A DNA stretch of 64,000 nucleotides from an uncultured Gemmatimonadales bacterium. Its GTDB lineage: Bacteria; Gemmatimonadota; Gemmatimonadetes; Gemmatimonadales; GWC2-71-9. This document shows positions 25,308 through 35,202 of the stretch, piece by piece. The notes below the pieces were generated by a model that worked only from the letters and a program-made list of their open reading frames with translations, was not told where the DNA came from and did not search any database. A program made the translations under genes and the position numbers. Location of the stretch: assembly GCA_963742755.1 (NCBI GenBank), contig CAVUMU010000011.1, positions 256,147 through 320,146 on the forward strand, in the 5' to 3' direction. The first letter of the stretch is position 1; the number at the start of each line of letters is the position of its first letter.

Positions 25308-27707
25308 ATGCGGACCGATGCGGCCTATGCAATTCCGCTCGCGGACCTCTCACTGGATAGCCTCAGCCAGGCAGGAGGCAAGAACGCCTCGCTCGGTGAA
25401 CTGCTCCGCGCCCTGGTTCCGAAAGGAATCCAGGTGCCGGACGGGTTCGTCCTGACCGCCGACGCCTTCCGGCTGCATCTTGCGGAGGCAGGTCTCGATT
25501 CGGAAATCTACGAGGAGCTCGACGCGCTGGACCTGAACGATGTCGGTGCGCTGGCGACCACCGCTCGCCGGATCCGGGAGCGGGTGGCCGCGGCACCGTT
25601 GCCGGCGGCGGTGAGCAGACAACTCACCGCCGCGTACCGTGATCTATCCCGAAAGTATGGAGACGATGCGACCGATGTCGCGGTCCGCTCCAGTGCCACC
25701 GCGGAAGACCTGCCCAGTGCGTCCTTTGCCGGACAGCAGGAGACTTACCTCAACGTCCGCGGCCTGGGCGGGCTGGACGAATCGGTGCGCCGCTGTCTGG
25801 CCTCGCTCTTTACCGACCGGGCCATCGTCTACCGGGCCCACCACGGCTTCCGGCATCGGGATGTCGCGCTCTCGGTCGGGGTTCAGAAGATGGTCCGGAG
25901 CGACCTCGGTTCGGCGGGGGTCATCTTCACCCTCGACCCCGAGAGCGGATTCCGTGAGGTCGTGGTCATCAGCGGGGCGTGGGGACTGGGCGAGACCGTG
26001 GTCCAGGGCCGGGTGCGGCCGGACGAGTTCTGGGTCCACAAACCCACCCTGACCGCCGGCTTCCGGCCGATTCTTCGGCGCGAAGTGGGAGAGAAGAGCG
26101 TCAAACTGGTGTATGCTGAGGGCGGGACTAAGGCAGTGAAGGAGATGCGGGTTTCGGCAGGGGATCGGTCCCGGCCGATCCTGGAGGACGAGGACATCCT
26201 CACGCTGGCGCGCTGGGCGGTGCTGATCGAAGAGCACTACTCTGGCCGGGCCGGGCGGGCCATGCCGATGGATCTGGAGTGGGCCAGGGATGGGCGGACG
26301 GGACAGCTCTTCATTCTTCAGGCCCGCCCGGAAACGGTTCACTCCCAGGCGGCCGCTCAGCCGGTAATCGAGCTTTACCGGAAGAAAGGCGCTGGTACGC
26401 TGTTGCTGACCGGCCGGAGCGTGGGCAACAAGGTTGCGGTCGGCCGGGTTCGGGTGATCGTCTCGCCCGAGGAGTTGCCGAGCTTTCAGGCCGGCGAAGT
26501 ACTGGTTGCCCCGATGACCGACCCCGACTGGCAACCGGTGCTCGCCCAGGCCGCCGGGGTGGTCACCGACGAGGGAGGACGCACCTGTCACGCCGCGATC
26601 GTGTCTCGTGAGCTCGGGATCCCCTGCGTGGTGGGTACCGGCAGTGCCACCCGCACACTGGTGGACGGCCAGGAGGTCACCGTCTCCTGCGCTGAGGGCG
26701 ACGATGGACGGATCTACGAGGGGCGGGTCGACTTCGAGCGGGAGATCATCGACCCCGGCACGCTCCCGGTTCCGCGGGTGCCGCTCATGCTGAACCTGGG
26801 TAACCCGGAACGCGCATTCCACCTCGCGCAGCTACCGAGCGCGGGGGTGGGCCTGGTGCGCATCGAGTTCATGGTCTCCTCCTGGATCGGCGTTCACCCG
26901 ATGGCGCTTCTGCATCCGGAGCGGATCGCCGATCCGGGAGTCCGGGCCGCGATCCGGGCACGGGTGGCGGGCGCCGCCTCACCGGCGGAATATTTCGTCG
27001 GGCGGCTGGCCAGCGGGATCGCCATCATCGCGGCGGCATTTTATCCCCGGCCCGTGCTGGTCCGGTTCTCCGATTTCAAGACCAACGAGTACGCCGGTCT
27101 GCTCGGCGGAACGGGATTCGAGCCGGTCGAAGCCAACCCGATGCTGGGCTTCCGCGGCGCCTCGCGGTACTACGATGATCGGTACCGGGAGGCCTTCGCG
27201 CTCGAGTGCGCGGCGATCCGGCGGGTCCGGGAGGAGATGGGGCTGGTGAATCTCAAGGTCATGATCCCCTTCTGCCGCACGCTGAGCGAGGGGCGGAAGG
27301 TTCTTCAGGAGCTCGCCCGGAACGGGCTGGTGCGGGGAGAGAACGGGCTCGAAGTGTGGGTGATGTGCGAGATCCCGAACAACGTCATCCTGGCAAAGGA
27401 GTTCAGCGCGCTTTTCGACGGCTTCTCCATCGGGTCGAACGACCTCACCCAGCTGGCGCTTGGTGTCGATCGCGACTCCGAGCTGCTGGCGCCGCTGTTC
27501 AGCGAGCACGATCCGGGGATCAAGCGGCTGATCGAGATGACCATCGAGGCGGCTCACAAAGAGGGACGCAAAGTGGGAATCTGTGGCCAGGCACCCAGCG
27601 ACTCTCCCGAGTTCGCCGACTACCTCGCCGGCCTCGGGCTCGACTCGATCTCGCTGAGTCCCGACGCGCTGGGGACCGTGGCCGTGCGGCTGGCCGTGCC
27701 GGCATGA
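25308..27707 (+). CDS. ppsA: Phosphoenolpyruvate synthase
   Basis: GGKNASLGEL lies 22 aa after ATG 25308. VAVRSSATAEDLPSASFAGQQETYLN, GGRTCHAAIVSRELGIPCVVG and IGSNDLTQL are also present. An alternative start is at 25239. Confidence 0.9.
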   Translation: MRTDAAYAIPLADLSLDSLSQAGGKNASLGELLRALVPKGIQVPDGFVLTADAFRLHLAEAGLDSEIYEELDALDLNDVGALATTARRIRERVAAAPLPAAVSRQLTAAYRDLSRKYGDDATDVAVRSSATAEDLPSASFAGQQETYLNVRGLGGLDESVRRCLASLFTDRAIVYRAHHGFRHRDVALSVGVQKMVRSDLGSAGVIFTLDPESGFREVVVISGAWGLGETVVQGRVRPDEFWVHKPTLTAGFRPILRREVGEKSVKLVYAEGGTKAVKEMRVSAGDRSRPILEDEDILTLARWAVLIEEHYSGRAGRAMPMDLEWARDGRTGQLFILQARPETVHSQAAAQPVIELYRKKGAGTLLLTGRSVGNKVAVGRVRVIVSPEELPSFQAGEVLVAPMTDPDWQPVLAQAAGVVTDEGGRTCHAAIVSRELGIPCVVGTGSATRTLVDGQEVTVSCAEGDDGRIYEGRVDFEREIIDPGTLPVPRVPLMLNLGNPERAFHLAQLPSAGVGLVRIEFMVSSWIGVHPMALLHPERIADPGVRAAIRARVAGAASPAEYFVGRLASGIAIIAAAFYPRPVLVRFSDFKTNEYAGLLGGTGFEPVEANPMLGFRGASRYYDDRYREAFALECAAIRRVREEMGLVNLKVMIPFCRTLSEGRKVLQELARNGLVRGENGLEVWVMCEIPNNVILAKEFSALFDGFSIGSNDLTQLALGVDRDSELLAPLFSEHDPGIKRLIEMTIEAAHKEGRKVGICGQAPSDSPEFADYLAGLGLDSISLSPDALGTVAVRLAVPA

Positions 27708-27734
27708 GATGACCCCTCGCTCCCCCTCGCAGCC

Positions 27735-30431
27735 TTGGTGATGCACCGGGACGCTCCGCAGACCACCGGAGTCGCCCCGGCGTCCGTCTCGCCAGGCCCT
27801 TGGCATTGCCGCACGATCGAAGAACTCGCCGCCGACCTCCGGACCCGGCTGCCGGGGGGACTGGATCGGGCGGAAGCCGCGCGCCGGCTTGCCAGCCTCG
27901 GCCCGAACCTGCTCACCGAAGGCCCCCGCCGCGGCCCGGCTCGCATCCTCCTGGAGCAATTCACCGACCTGATGGTCCTGGTGCTGATCGGCGCCGCCGT
28001 CGTGGCCGGCCTGGTGGGGGAGCCGCAGGATACCATCGCGATCGTCGCCATCGTCCTCCTCAACGGCACCCTGGGCTTCATCCAGGAGTACCGGGCCGAG
28101 CGCGCGGTCGCGGCGCTCAAGGCACTCGCGGCACCCCACGCGCAGGTCCGGCGGGAGGAAACCGTCACCACCGTGGCCGGCGCCGAGCTGGTCCCCGGTG
28201 ACGTGGTCCTCCTCGAGACCGGGAATCTGGTCCCTGCCGACCTGCGGCTGATCGAGGTGGCGGACCTCCGCATCGAGGAAGCCGCGCTCACCGGCGAATC
28301 GCAACCGGTAGAGAAGAACCTCGAGACGCTGGCCGACCCCGAGCTTCCGATCGGCGACCGCCGCAACCTGGCCTACAAGGGCACCATCGTGGCCCACGGC
28401 CGGGCGGTCGGCCTCGTGGTTGGCACGGGGATGCGCACCGAGCTCGGCCGGATCGCCAGCCTGCTCCACGAAGAGGAGGAGCTCAAGACCCCGCTCCAGC
28501 GCCGCCTCGCCCGGTTTGCTCAACGGCTGGCGGTCGCGGTGTTGCTGCTGTGCGGAATCATTTTCGGGGCCGGTCTCCTCCGGGGTGAGGAACCGGTACT
28601 GATGCTGCTCACAGCGCTCTCGCTGGCCGTGGCGGCCATCCCCGAGGCACTGCCCGCCGTCGTCACGGTCTCCCTGGCCCTCGGCGCCCGGCGTCTGGTC
28701 GCCCGCCAAGCCCTGGTCCGGCGGCTGCCCGCCGTCGAGACGCTGGGCTCGGTCACGTACGTCTGCTCCGACAAGACCGGTACCCTGACGCAGAACCGGA
28801 TGGAAGTCGGCGCGCTGCGTGCTCCCGAAGATGCCTCGGGCCACGGTGGGTTCCCGGTTCCCTCCGGGCGCGCGTCCGAGCTGCTCCATCTGGCGTTGGG
28901 GCTGAGCCACGACGCAGAGAGCGGCGCCGACGGCGTGCTCCACGGCGACCCAACGGAGACCGCTTTGCTGCACGCCGCGCAGGCGGCCGGGTTTACCAAG
29001 GCCGGTCTCGAAGCCCGTTTCCCTCGGGTGGGCGAGATCCCGTTCTCCTCCGATCGCGGCCGGATGACCACGCTGCACCGGGATGGACCAGAGGTCCTGG
29101 TGTTCACCAAAGGCGCTCCCGAGCGGGTGGTGCCGCTCTGCACCGGCCGCCTGGTGGGGGACCGGGTGGTACCGTCCGCCGACGCATCGGTCGTCCAGGC
29201 GGTGGAGGCGATGGCGGCGGAAGGGCTCCGCGTGCTGGCCGTGGCCAGCCGGCGGCTTCCAGCCCTCCCATCCGACCCGGCTGCCGAAGCGGTCGAGACT
29301 GACCTCACGCTCATCGGCCTGGTGGGTTTGCGCGATCCCCCCCGTCCCGAGGCGAAAGCGGCGGTGGGCCTCTGCGCCTCGGCCGGGATCACCGTGGTCA
29401 TGATCACGGGCGACCACCCGGCGACCGCCCGGGCAATCGCGCGGGAACTGGGGATCCTCCGCTCCGCCGACGGGCGCGTGGTGACCGGACCCGAGCTCGC
29501 CCGTTTCCCCGCCGATACGCTGGCAGAGATCGTGAGAGATGTCCGGGTATATGCCCGCACCGCGCCGGAGCAGAAGATCCGCATCGTCAAGGCGCTCCAG
29601 GCCGGCGGCGAGTTCGTGGCCATGACCGGCGACGGCGTCAACGACGCACCCGCCCTCCGTCGGGCGGACATCGGTGTGGCGATGGGGCGGGCGGGAACCG
29701 ACGTCGCCCGCGAGGCGGCGCACATGGTGCTGCTGGACGACAACTTCGCCACCATCGTGGCGGCCGTGCGCGAAGGGCGGCGGATCTTCGACAACATCCG
29801 GAAGTTCATCCGCTACGCCCTGGCCTGCAATTCCGCCGAGATCTGGACCCTCTTCCTGGCGCCCTTCCTCGGCCTGCCCATTCCCCTGCTGCCGATCCAC
29901 ATCCTGTGGATCAATTTGGTGACTGATGGCCTGCCCGGTGTGGCCCTGGCCGTAGAGCCCGAGGAACGGGGGGTCATGGACCGGCCGCCCCGCCGCCCGG
30001 AGGAGAGCCTCTTCGCGCAGGGGCTGTGGCAGCATGTCGTCTGGGTCGGCCTCCTGATGGGTGGGGTGACTCTCGCCACCCTCGGATGGTCTTACCATAC
30101 CGGCACGGCCCATTGGCAAAGCATGACGTTTACGGTGCTGGCGCTCTCCCAGCTCGGCCACGTCCTCGCCATTCGCTCGGAGCGCGACTCCATCTTTCGC
30201 ATCGGCTTCCTCTCGAATCTCCCGCTGCTCGGCGCGGTCCTGCTGACTCTCGGCCTGCAGCTTGCCACGCTGTACGTCCCGGCGCTCAACCCGATCTTCA
30301 AGACCGAGCCTCTGACGGCGGACGAGCTGGGGCTGTGCCTGGCCCTCTCGACGGTGGTCTTCTTCGCCGTGGAAGCGGAGAAGTGGATGACCCGGCGCCA
30401 GTGGATCTACCGGGAAGGGGTCGCGACGTGA
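27735..30431 (+). CDS. P2-type (SERCA/CtpF-like) cation-transporting ATPase
   Basis: TGESQPVEK, CSDKTGTLTQNRM, MITGDHPATA and TGDGVNDAPAL motifs with 10-TM-type topology. TTG 27735, GTG 27738 and ATG 27741 are all possible starts. Confidence 0.9.
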   Translation: MVMHRDAPQTTGVAPASVSPGPWHCRTIEELAADLRTRLPGGLDRAEAARRLASLGPNLLTEGPRRGPARILLEQFTDLMVLVLIGAAVVAGLVGEPQDTIAIVAIVLLNGTLGFIQEYRAERAVAALKALAAPHAQVRREETVTTVAGAELVPGDVVLLETGNLVPADLRLIEVADLRIEEAALTGESQPVEKNLETLADPELPIGDRRNLAYKGTIVAHGRAVGLVVGTGMRTELGRIASLLHEEEELKTPLQRRLARFAQRLAVAVLLLCGIIFGAGLLRGEEPVLMLLTALSLAVAAIPEALPAVVTVSLALGARRLVARQALVRRLPAVETLGSVTYVCSDKTGTLTQNRMEVGALRAPEDASGHGGFPVPSGRASELLHLALGLSHDAESGADGVLHGDPTETALLHAAQAAGFTKAGLEARFPRVGEIPFSSDRGRMTTLHRDGPEVLVFTKGAPERVVPLCTGRLVGDRVVPSADASVVQAVEAMAAEGLRVLAVASRRLPALPSDPAAEAVETDLTLIGLVGLRDPPRPEAKAAVGLCASAGITVVMITGDHPATARAIARELGILRSADGRVVTGPELARFPADTLAEIVRDVRVYARTAPEQKIRIVKALQAGGEFVAMTGDGVNDAPALRRADIGVAMGRAGTDVAREAAHMVLLDDNFATIVAAVREGRRIFDNIRKFIRYALACNSAEIWTLFLAPFLGLPIPLLPIHILWINLVTDGLPGVALAVEPEERGVMDRPPRRPEESLFAQGLWQHVVWVGLLMGGVTLATLGWSYHTGTAHWQSMTFTVLALSQLGHVLAIRSERDSIFRIGFLSNLPLLGAVLLTLGLQLATLYVPALNPIFKTEPLTADELGLCLALSTVVFFAVEAEKWMTRRQWIYREGVAT

Positions 30432-31429
30432 CCGCCGCCGTCCTGGTTTTCCTGGCGAGCGCCGCGGCGGTGGTGGCCGCGGGGACGCAGCTGACCCGTG
30501 CCGCCGATGCGATCGCCGAAGGCACCGGCATGGGGAGACTCTGGATCGGCGTGGTGCTGCTGGCCAGCGCCACGTCGCTACCGGAGCTCGCCACCGATAT
30601 TGCGGCCGTGCGCCTGGGCGCGCCCGACCTGGCAGCGGGCGATCTGTTCGGCTCCAGCATGGCCAACATGCTGATTCTGGCGCTGGTCGGCCTGATGCCC
30701 CCGCGGGACCGCATTTTCCAGCAAGTGGCCCTCGATCATGCGCTCTCCGCGTGTCTGGCGATCGTGCTGACTGCCCTTGCCGCGGTGCTCATCCTTTCTC
30801 CGAGCGGACTGACGCTGCTGGGAATGGGGCCGGAGCCGCTCATTCTGGTCGTAGTCTTCGTGGCCGGTACTCTCGCGGTGCATCGACAGGGACATCAGGC
30901 GACCTCCTCTCCGGCGAGCACCGGAGAGCCGCCGGTGGTATCGGGCGCGCAGCCGGTGCGTCGCGCCGCGCTTCGATTCGGTCTCGCCGCCCTCGTGATC
31001 CTCGCCGTCGCCCCGGTCTTCGCCGGCTCGGCCCAACGCATCGCCGAGCTCAGCGGCCTGGGCCAGACCTTCATCGGCACCCTGCTGGTCGGCCTATCCA
31101 CCTCGCTCCCGGAGTTGGTCACCTGCATCGCCGCGGTCCGGATCGGGGCGTTCGACCTGGCGGTCGGAAACCTGTTCGGATCCAACGCCTTCAATATGCT
31201 GATCTTCCTGCCGATGGAGCTGGCCCACCGCGGAGGACCGCTCTTTCCGCAGCTCGATCGGAGTCACGCCATCACGGCCTTCTTCGCCGTCATCCTCATG
31301 AGCTTGGGGCTGGCCGCGATCGTCTACCGCGCCAAGCGGCGCATAGCTTTGATCGAACCGGGAAGCGTGGTGATGGTGATCTGCTATGTCCTGGCCGTAT
31401 GGACGCTGTACGGACACTACAGGAGATGA
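30428..31429 (+). CDS. Ca2+/Na+ antiporter (CaCA family, YrbG-like)
   Basis: GTGA overlap with the ATPase stop. Two alpha-repeats are present: ATSLPELATDIAAVRLGAPDLAAGDLFGSSMANML and STSLPELVTCIAAVRIGAFDLAVGNLFGSNAFNML. Confidence 0.85.
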   Translation: MTAAVLVFLASAAAVVAAGTQLTRAADAIAEGTGMGRLWIGVVLLASATSLPELATDIAAVRLGAPDLAAGDLFGSSMANMLILALVGLMPPRDRIFQQVALDHALSACLAIVLTALAAVLILSPSGLTLLGMGPEPLILVVVFVAGTLAVHRQGHQATSSPASTGEPPVVSGAQPVRRAALRFGLAALVILAVAPVFAGSAQRIAELSGLGQTFIGTLLVGLSTSLPELVTCIAAVRIGAFDLAVGNLFGSNAFNMLIFLPMELAHRGGPLFPQLDRSHAITAFFAVILMSLGLAAIVYRAKRRIALIEPGSVVMVICYVLAVWTLYGHYRR

Positions 31430-31431
31430 GC

Positions 31432-32451
31432 ATGCGTCTCGCGGTCTTCGACACCCACGACTATGACCGCGACGCGCTGCTCGCGGCAAACCAGGATGTC
31501 GGCCATGAGTTGGTGTTCTTCCAGCCCCGCCTGGATCGACACACCGCCGTGCTCGCGCAGAGGTTTCCCGCCGTGTGCTCATTCGTCAGCGACCGGCTCG
31601 ACGCCGACGCCCTGACCGTGCTCAAGGCGGGCGGGACCCGTCTCGTGGCGCTCCGTTCGGCGGGATTCAATCACGTCGACCTCGAGGCGTCGGCCCGGCT
31701 CGGCCTGACGGTCGTCCGGGTGCCGGAGTATTCACCGCACGCGGTGGCCGAGCATGCCTTCGCGCTGCTGCTGGCCCTGGTCCGGAAGATCCCGCGCGCG
31801 GTCTCGAGGGTCCGGGAGGCCAACTTCTCTCTCGAGGGGCTGGTAGGCTTCGATCTGAACGGCAAGACGTTTGGCGTCGTGGGAACCGGCAGAATCGGTG
31901 CGGCTGCGGCGCGCATTGCGGCGGGGTTCGGCTGCCGGGTGCTGGGCCACGACTTGCGAACCGATCCGGCTCTCGCGGCGGCCACCGGCCTCTCGTACGT
32001 CGCGCTGGACGAGCTCTGGCAGCAGGCGGACATCGTCTCGCTGCATGTGCCGCTGGCCCCGGCGACCCGCCACCTCGTCGACGCCGCGGCATTCGCCCGG
32101 ATGAAGCCCGAGGTCATCCTGATCAACACCGGCCGGGGCGCCCTGGTCGACAGCCGGGCCCTGATTCAAGCGCTCAAAGCGGAGCGCATCGGGGGAGCGG
32201 CGCTGGACGTGTACGAGGAGGAGGAAGGGCTCTTCTTCCGCGATCTCTCCAACGAAGTGTTGCAGGACGACGTGCTGGCGCGGCTGCTGACCTTTCCCAA
32301 CGTCCTGATTACCGCCCATCAGGGCTTTCTCACCCGGGAGGCGCTGGCCGCGATCGCCGAAACCACCCTGGCGAGCCTGAGCGCGTTCGAGGGGGGACAG
32401 CCGCTCCTCAATGAAGTCCGCGCCGCGGACGTGCTCCGGACGAAGGGCTGA
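31432..32451 (+). CDS. D-isomer-specific 2-hydroxyacid (D-lactate-type) dehydrogenase
   Basis: AGGAGA sits 6 nt before the ATG. GVVGTGRIGAAAARIAAGFG is a Rossmann motif. Also SLHVPLAPATRHL, LINTGRGALVD and ITAHQGFLT. Confidence 0.85.
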   Translation: MRLAVFDTHDYDRDALLAANQDVGHELVFFQPRLDRHTAVLAQRFPAVCSFVSDRLDADALTVLKAGGTRLVALRSAGFNHVDLEASARLGLTVVRVPEYSPHAVAEHAFALLLALVRKIPRAVSRVREANFSLEGLVGFDLNGKTFGVVGTGRIGAAAARIAAGFGCRVLGHDLRTDPALAAATGLSYVALDELWQQADIVSLHVPLAPATRHLVDAAAFARMKPEVILINTGRGALVDSRALIQALKAERIGGAALDVYEEEEGLFFRDLSNEVLQDDVLARLLTFPNVLITAHQGFLTREALAAIAETTLASLSAFEGGQPLLNEVRAADVLRTKG

Positions 32452-32520
32452 TCCCTCTTCCCTATCCCCTCGGTGGCCCGTAACCGCGTCGCCATACCGT
32501 CAGAATTGGCCTGCCGTGAG

Positions 32521-33282
32521 CTACAACGGCTCCGCTACTGGCGGACCCGGTACCTCCGGTGGGCCGCCGCGATGCAGCCGACGAAGGGCCCAAATGCTGA
32601 GGAGAACCCCGGCAAGTCCAAGAGCTACGAGGGGCACGATCCGCCGCTCCAGAAAGCTGGCACCGAGGTATACCGCGCCCGCGGCGTACGGAATCTCGGC
32701 CACGGCCAGCGCGGCCACGAAGATCGCGAACCGGCAGCGCACCAATCCGAAGACGTAGCTGGCGAGATCAGACGGGACCGCGAGCTGGATCATCAGGATG
32801 AGGGCGAGTGACTTGCCCGAGCGAGCCCAGCCCTCGTACCGCGCCAGCGCTCCGGGGCGTACCAGCCGGTGCACTACGGGCCGGCCGAGGTAGCGGCCGA
32901 TAGCGTACCCCGCCAGCCCTCCCAGGAACCAGCCGGTCCAGAGCAGCAGAAAACACACCACCGGGCCCCACACATAAAGGGCGACCGGTACCAGCATCGC
33001 GCTGGAGACGAAGGCGAGCATGGCCGACAGGCCCGCCAACAAGACGAAGATTGCCATCCCCCACCCCTCCCGCTGCCGGATCACCGATTCGGCCTGTTCG
33101 AACAGCGAAAGCAGCCAGTGATGGATCGGGGGAGCGAGCGTGAGCGAGGTAGCGAGCAGCAGGAAAAGGATGAGGGCCACTACCCGCCTGTTTCCCACTA
33201 CCGGCGATGGAATCCCGGTCTGGGAGCCGATCGCCCCTTCACGCATCCACTGCGGTTCAGTCATCCGCGCGCTCGGCGTCAT
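32521..33282 (-). CDS. DedA/TVP38-TMEM64 family membrane protein
   Basis: GWFLGGLAGYAIGRYLGRPVV...VPSDLASYVFGLVRCRFAIFV. The start may be an internal Met (33264 or 33246). Confidence 0.75.
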   Translation of the reverse strand: MTPSARMTEPQWMREGAIGSQTGIPSPVVGNRRVVALILFLLLATSLTLAPPIHHWLLSLFEQAESVIRQREGWGMAIFVLLAGLSAMLAFVSSAMLVPVALYVWGPVVCFLLLWTGWFLGGLAGYAIGRYLGRPVVHRLVRPGALARYEGWARSGKSLALILMIQLAVPSDLASYVFGLVRCRFAIFVAALAVAEIPYAAGAVYLGASFLERRIVPLVALGLAGVLLSIWALRRLHRGGPPEVPGPPVAEPL

Positions 33283-33751
33283 GGGTGCCGGTCTCGGCCG
33301 TCACGTCCTGGCCACTCCGGATTTCCGAGTGCCGGATCTGGCCACCGAGGTTCGCCGTCCACGCCATCACACCGACCACCAGCAGACCCAGAAGCAGCAG
33401 GCCTCGGCCGTACCACTCGCCCGCGGTCCGGCCACGCCTGAGGCGAGCCAGCCCGAGCAGCGCCGCAAGCCCCAGGAGCACCGTTCCCAGCGTGGCGATC
33501 AGTGCCATGTCCTCGTGCCGCTCAACCAGAGGCTCCGAGAAGCCGGCTAGCTTCTCCACCAGCTCCTCGGCGGGCTCGCCGGTGAAATAGACAGCCACGG
33601 CCACGACAGCCAGCACCACCAGCAGCACATAAGACACGCGCGTAAGCTCAAGGCTGCGCCGCAGCCTCGCCGCCACCAGGAGCAGGAAAGCGAACAGAAG
33701 CCCGATGACGGGCAGGTGACTGATTGCGAGATGAATGTGGGCCCAGCTCAT
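33257..33751 (-). CDS. Integral membrane protein, family not recognised
   Basis: 164 aa with four hydrophobic helices (HLPVIGLLFAFLLLVAA, YVLLVVLAVVAVAVYF, ...). Confidence 0.6.
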   Translation of the reverse strand: MSWAHIHLAISHLPVIGLLFAFLLLVAARLRRSLELTRVSYVLLVVLAVVAVAVYFTGEPAEELVEKLAGFSEPLVERHEDMALIATLGTVLLGLAALLGLARLRRGRTAGEWYGRGLLLLGLLVVGVMAWTANLGGQIRHSEIRSGQDVTAETGTHDAERADD

Positions 33752-33773
33752 GATTGCCTCCGGAGGCTGCGGG

Positions 33774-34589
33774 CTAAAGGTCGCTGCTCGAGAACCGGCG
33801 TCCGGCGAGTATCAGCGGGACTACAGTCCATCCGATCAGGCCGGCCGTCAGTATCCAGGCCCCCGACCTGCCCAGTACCGCCCGGAGCGCGGCTCCCGTA
33901 GGACCCGCGACCACGTCGGCATGGAAGAGGCTCAGGCCCAGCGCCCGGGCGCTGTCGGTCGGGCTGGCCAGCAGCAGAGTGGACAGCCAGGGACCGGCCT
34001 TGCCGGGTGGCAGCACTGCGAGCGCGCCGATGGCCAGCAGGTCCACGCCGATGACCAGAACGAACCACAGAGCCACCGCCACGCCGACGGCCTTGATCCG
34101 GGTACGCACCGCGACTCCGATCCAGAGACCCAGCGCCAGGGTCGCGGCGAGAACGAGCAGCGCCACACCGATCAGCCTGAGGTAGCGCCAGCCATCCGCC
34201 GTTCCGGCGAAAAGTCCGATCACGACGCCGGCCGCACCCAGTCCCACGAGCAGGGCCGCGCCAAGCGTCACGAGGGAGGCGAGCCAGCGGCTGAGGACGA
34301 TGCCGGCCCGCCGAACGGGGAGCGAGACCGTGAACTCCAGCTCATGGCAGTCGGCGCCTGCGATCGCGCCGGTAATGAGGGCCAGGATCGGCACCACCCA
34401 CACCACGAGCTCCAACAGGCTCACCGACGTCCGGGCGAACCCCTGCACCACGAGCACGCCGCCGGCTGACAAACCCACCAGTGCCACGGTGACGCTGGCG
34501 AGACCGAACCCGGCGGCCAACACGGGGGCGGTGCGGCCGCGAAGTGCGGCCCTGAGCTCGAAGCGGCAGAGCGACAGGGTGTGACTCAC
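33774..34589 (-). CDS. ABC-2 type transporter permease (NosY-like)
   Basis: 271 aa with 6 predicted TM helices. MSHTLSLCRFELRAALRGRTAPVLAAGFGL is typical of NosY/ABC-2 permeases. ATGA-style overlap with the ATPase remnant upstream. Confidence 0.7.
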   Translation of the reverse strand: MSHTLSLCRFELRAALRGRTAPVLAAGFGLASVTVALVGLSAGGVLVVQGFARTSVSLLELVVWVVPILALITGAIAGADCHELEFTVSLPVRRAGIVLSRWLASLVTLGAALLVGLGAAGVVIGLFAGTADGWRYLRLIGVALLVLAATLALGLWIGVAVRTRIKAVGVAVALWFVLVIGVDLLAIGALAVLPPGKAGPWLSTLLLASPTDSARALGLSLFHADVVAGPTGAALRAVLGRSGAWILTAGLIGWTVVPLILAGRRFSSSDL

Positions 34590-35110
34590 GCGGCGTCATC
34601 CCGCAACAGGCCGAGATGCGTTCGGGCCGACTCGCGTCCCCGGTTGACGAGAATCCGGTAGATCCGTTCGATCGGCGGTTCCAGCAGCTCGAGGTCGCAG
34701 GCCACTCCGGCTGCCTCCGCCAGGTCGGGCAGGCGGCCTTGGGCCACTACGCGTCCCTGCACCATGACCACGATACGGTCGGCCAGCAGCGCGACATCGT
34801 GAAGGAGGCAGTCGAGCTTTGGAGAACATATGACCCGGCACCGCCAGCCGGCATGAAGCCAGCGTGAAGAATTCTTGTTGTGGAGATCCTGCAGCTCCAG
34901 CGGAAGGGCCGCCCGAGGTTCGCGTCGGTGGTGGCGACCCTGGTTTCAGTGCGGAGGATCGAGTGGAGGTTGCCCAGCGGCTCGAACCGGCGGACTCCTC
35001 GGCCGGGACGATCCGCCCAGAGCGACGAGTAGCGGCCTTCGACGAGTACCGGCCTTCACTGAGAGATGAAGAAACGGTGAAGCGGGCCGCAAGCTCTGTT
35101 GAGAGCCCGG
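34586..35110 (-). pseudogene. Decayed ABC-transporter ATPase
   Basis: Only the C-terminal third reads cleanly: EPRAALPLELQDL...LLHDVALLADRIVVMVQGRVVAQGRLPDLAE. Upstream, the Walker A and signature regions appear only as scattered similarity across three frames, interrupted by stops. Confidence 0.45.
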
Positions 35111-35202
35111 CCCGCTCCGTCGATTCAGTTGCGATCAGGCAGTGCTAGTAGTGCGGAGATTGCTTTCCGTCCGCTGGGGCATCGTCCAGCGAAACGATCT
35201 TG

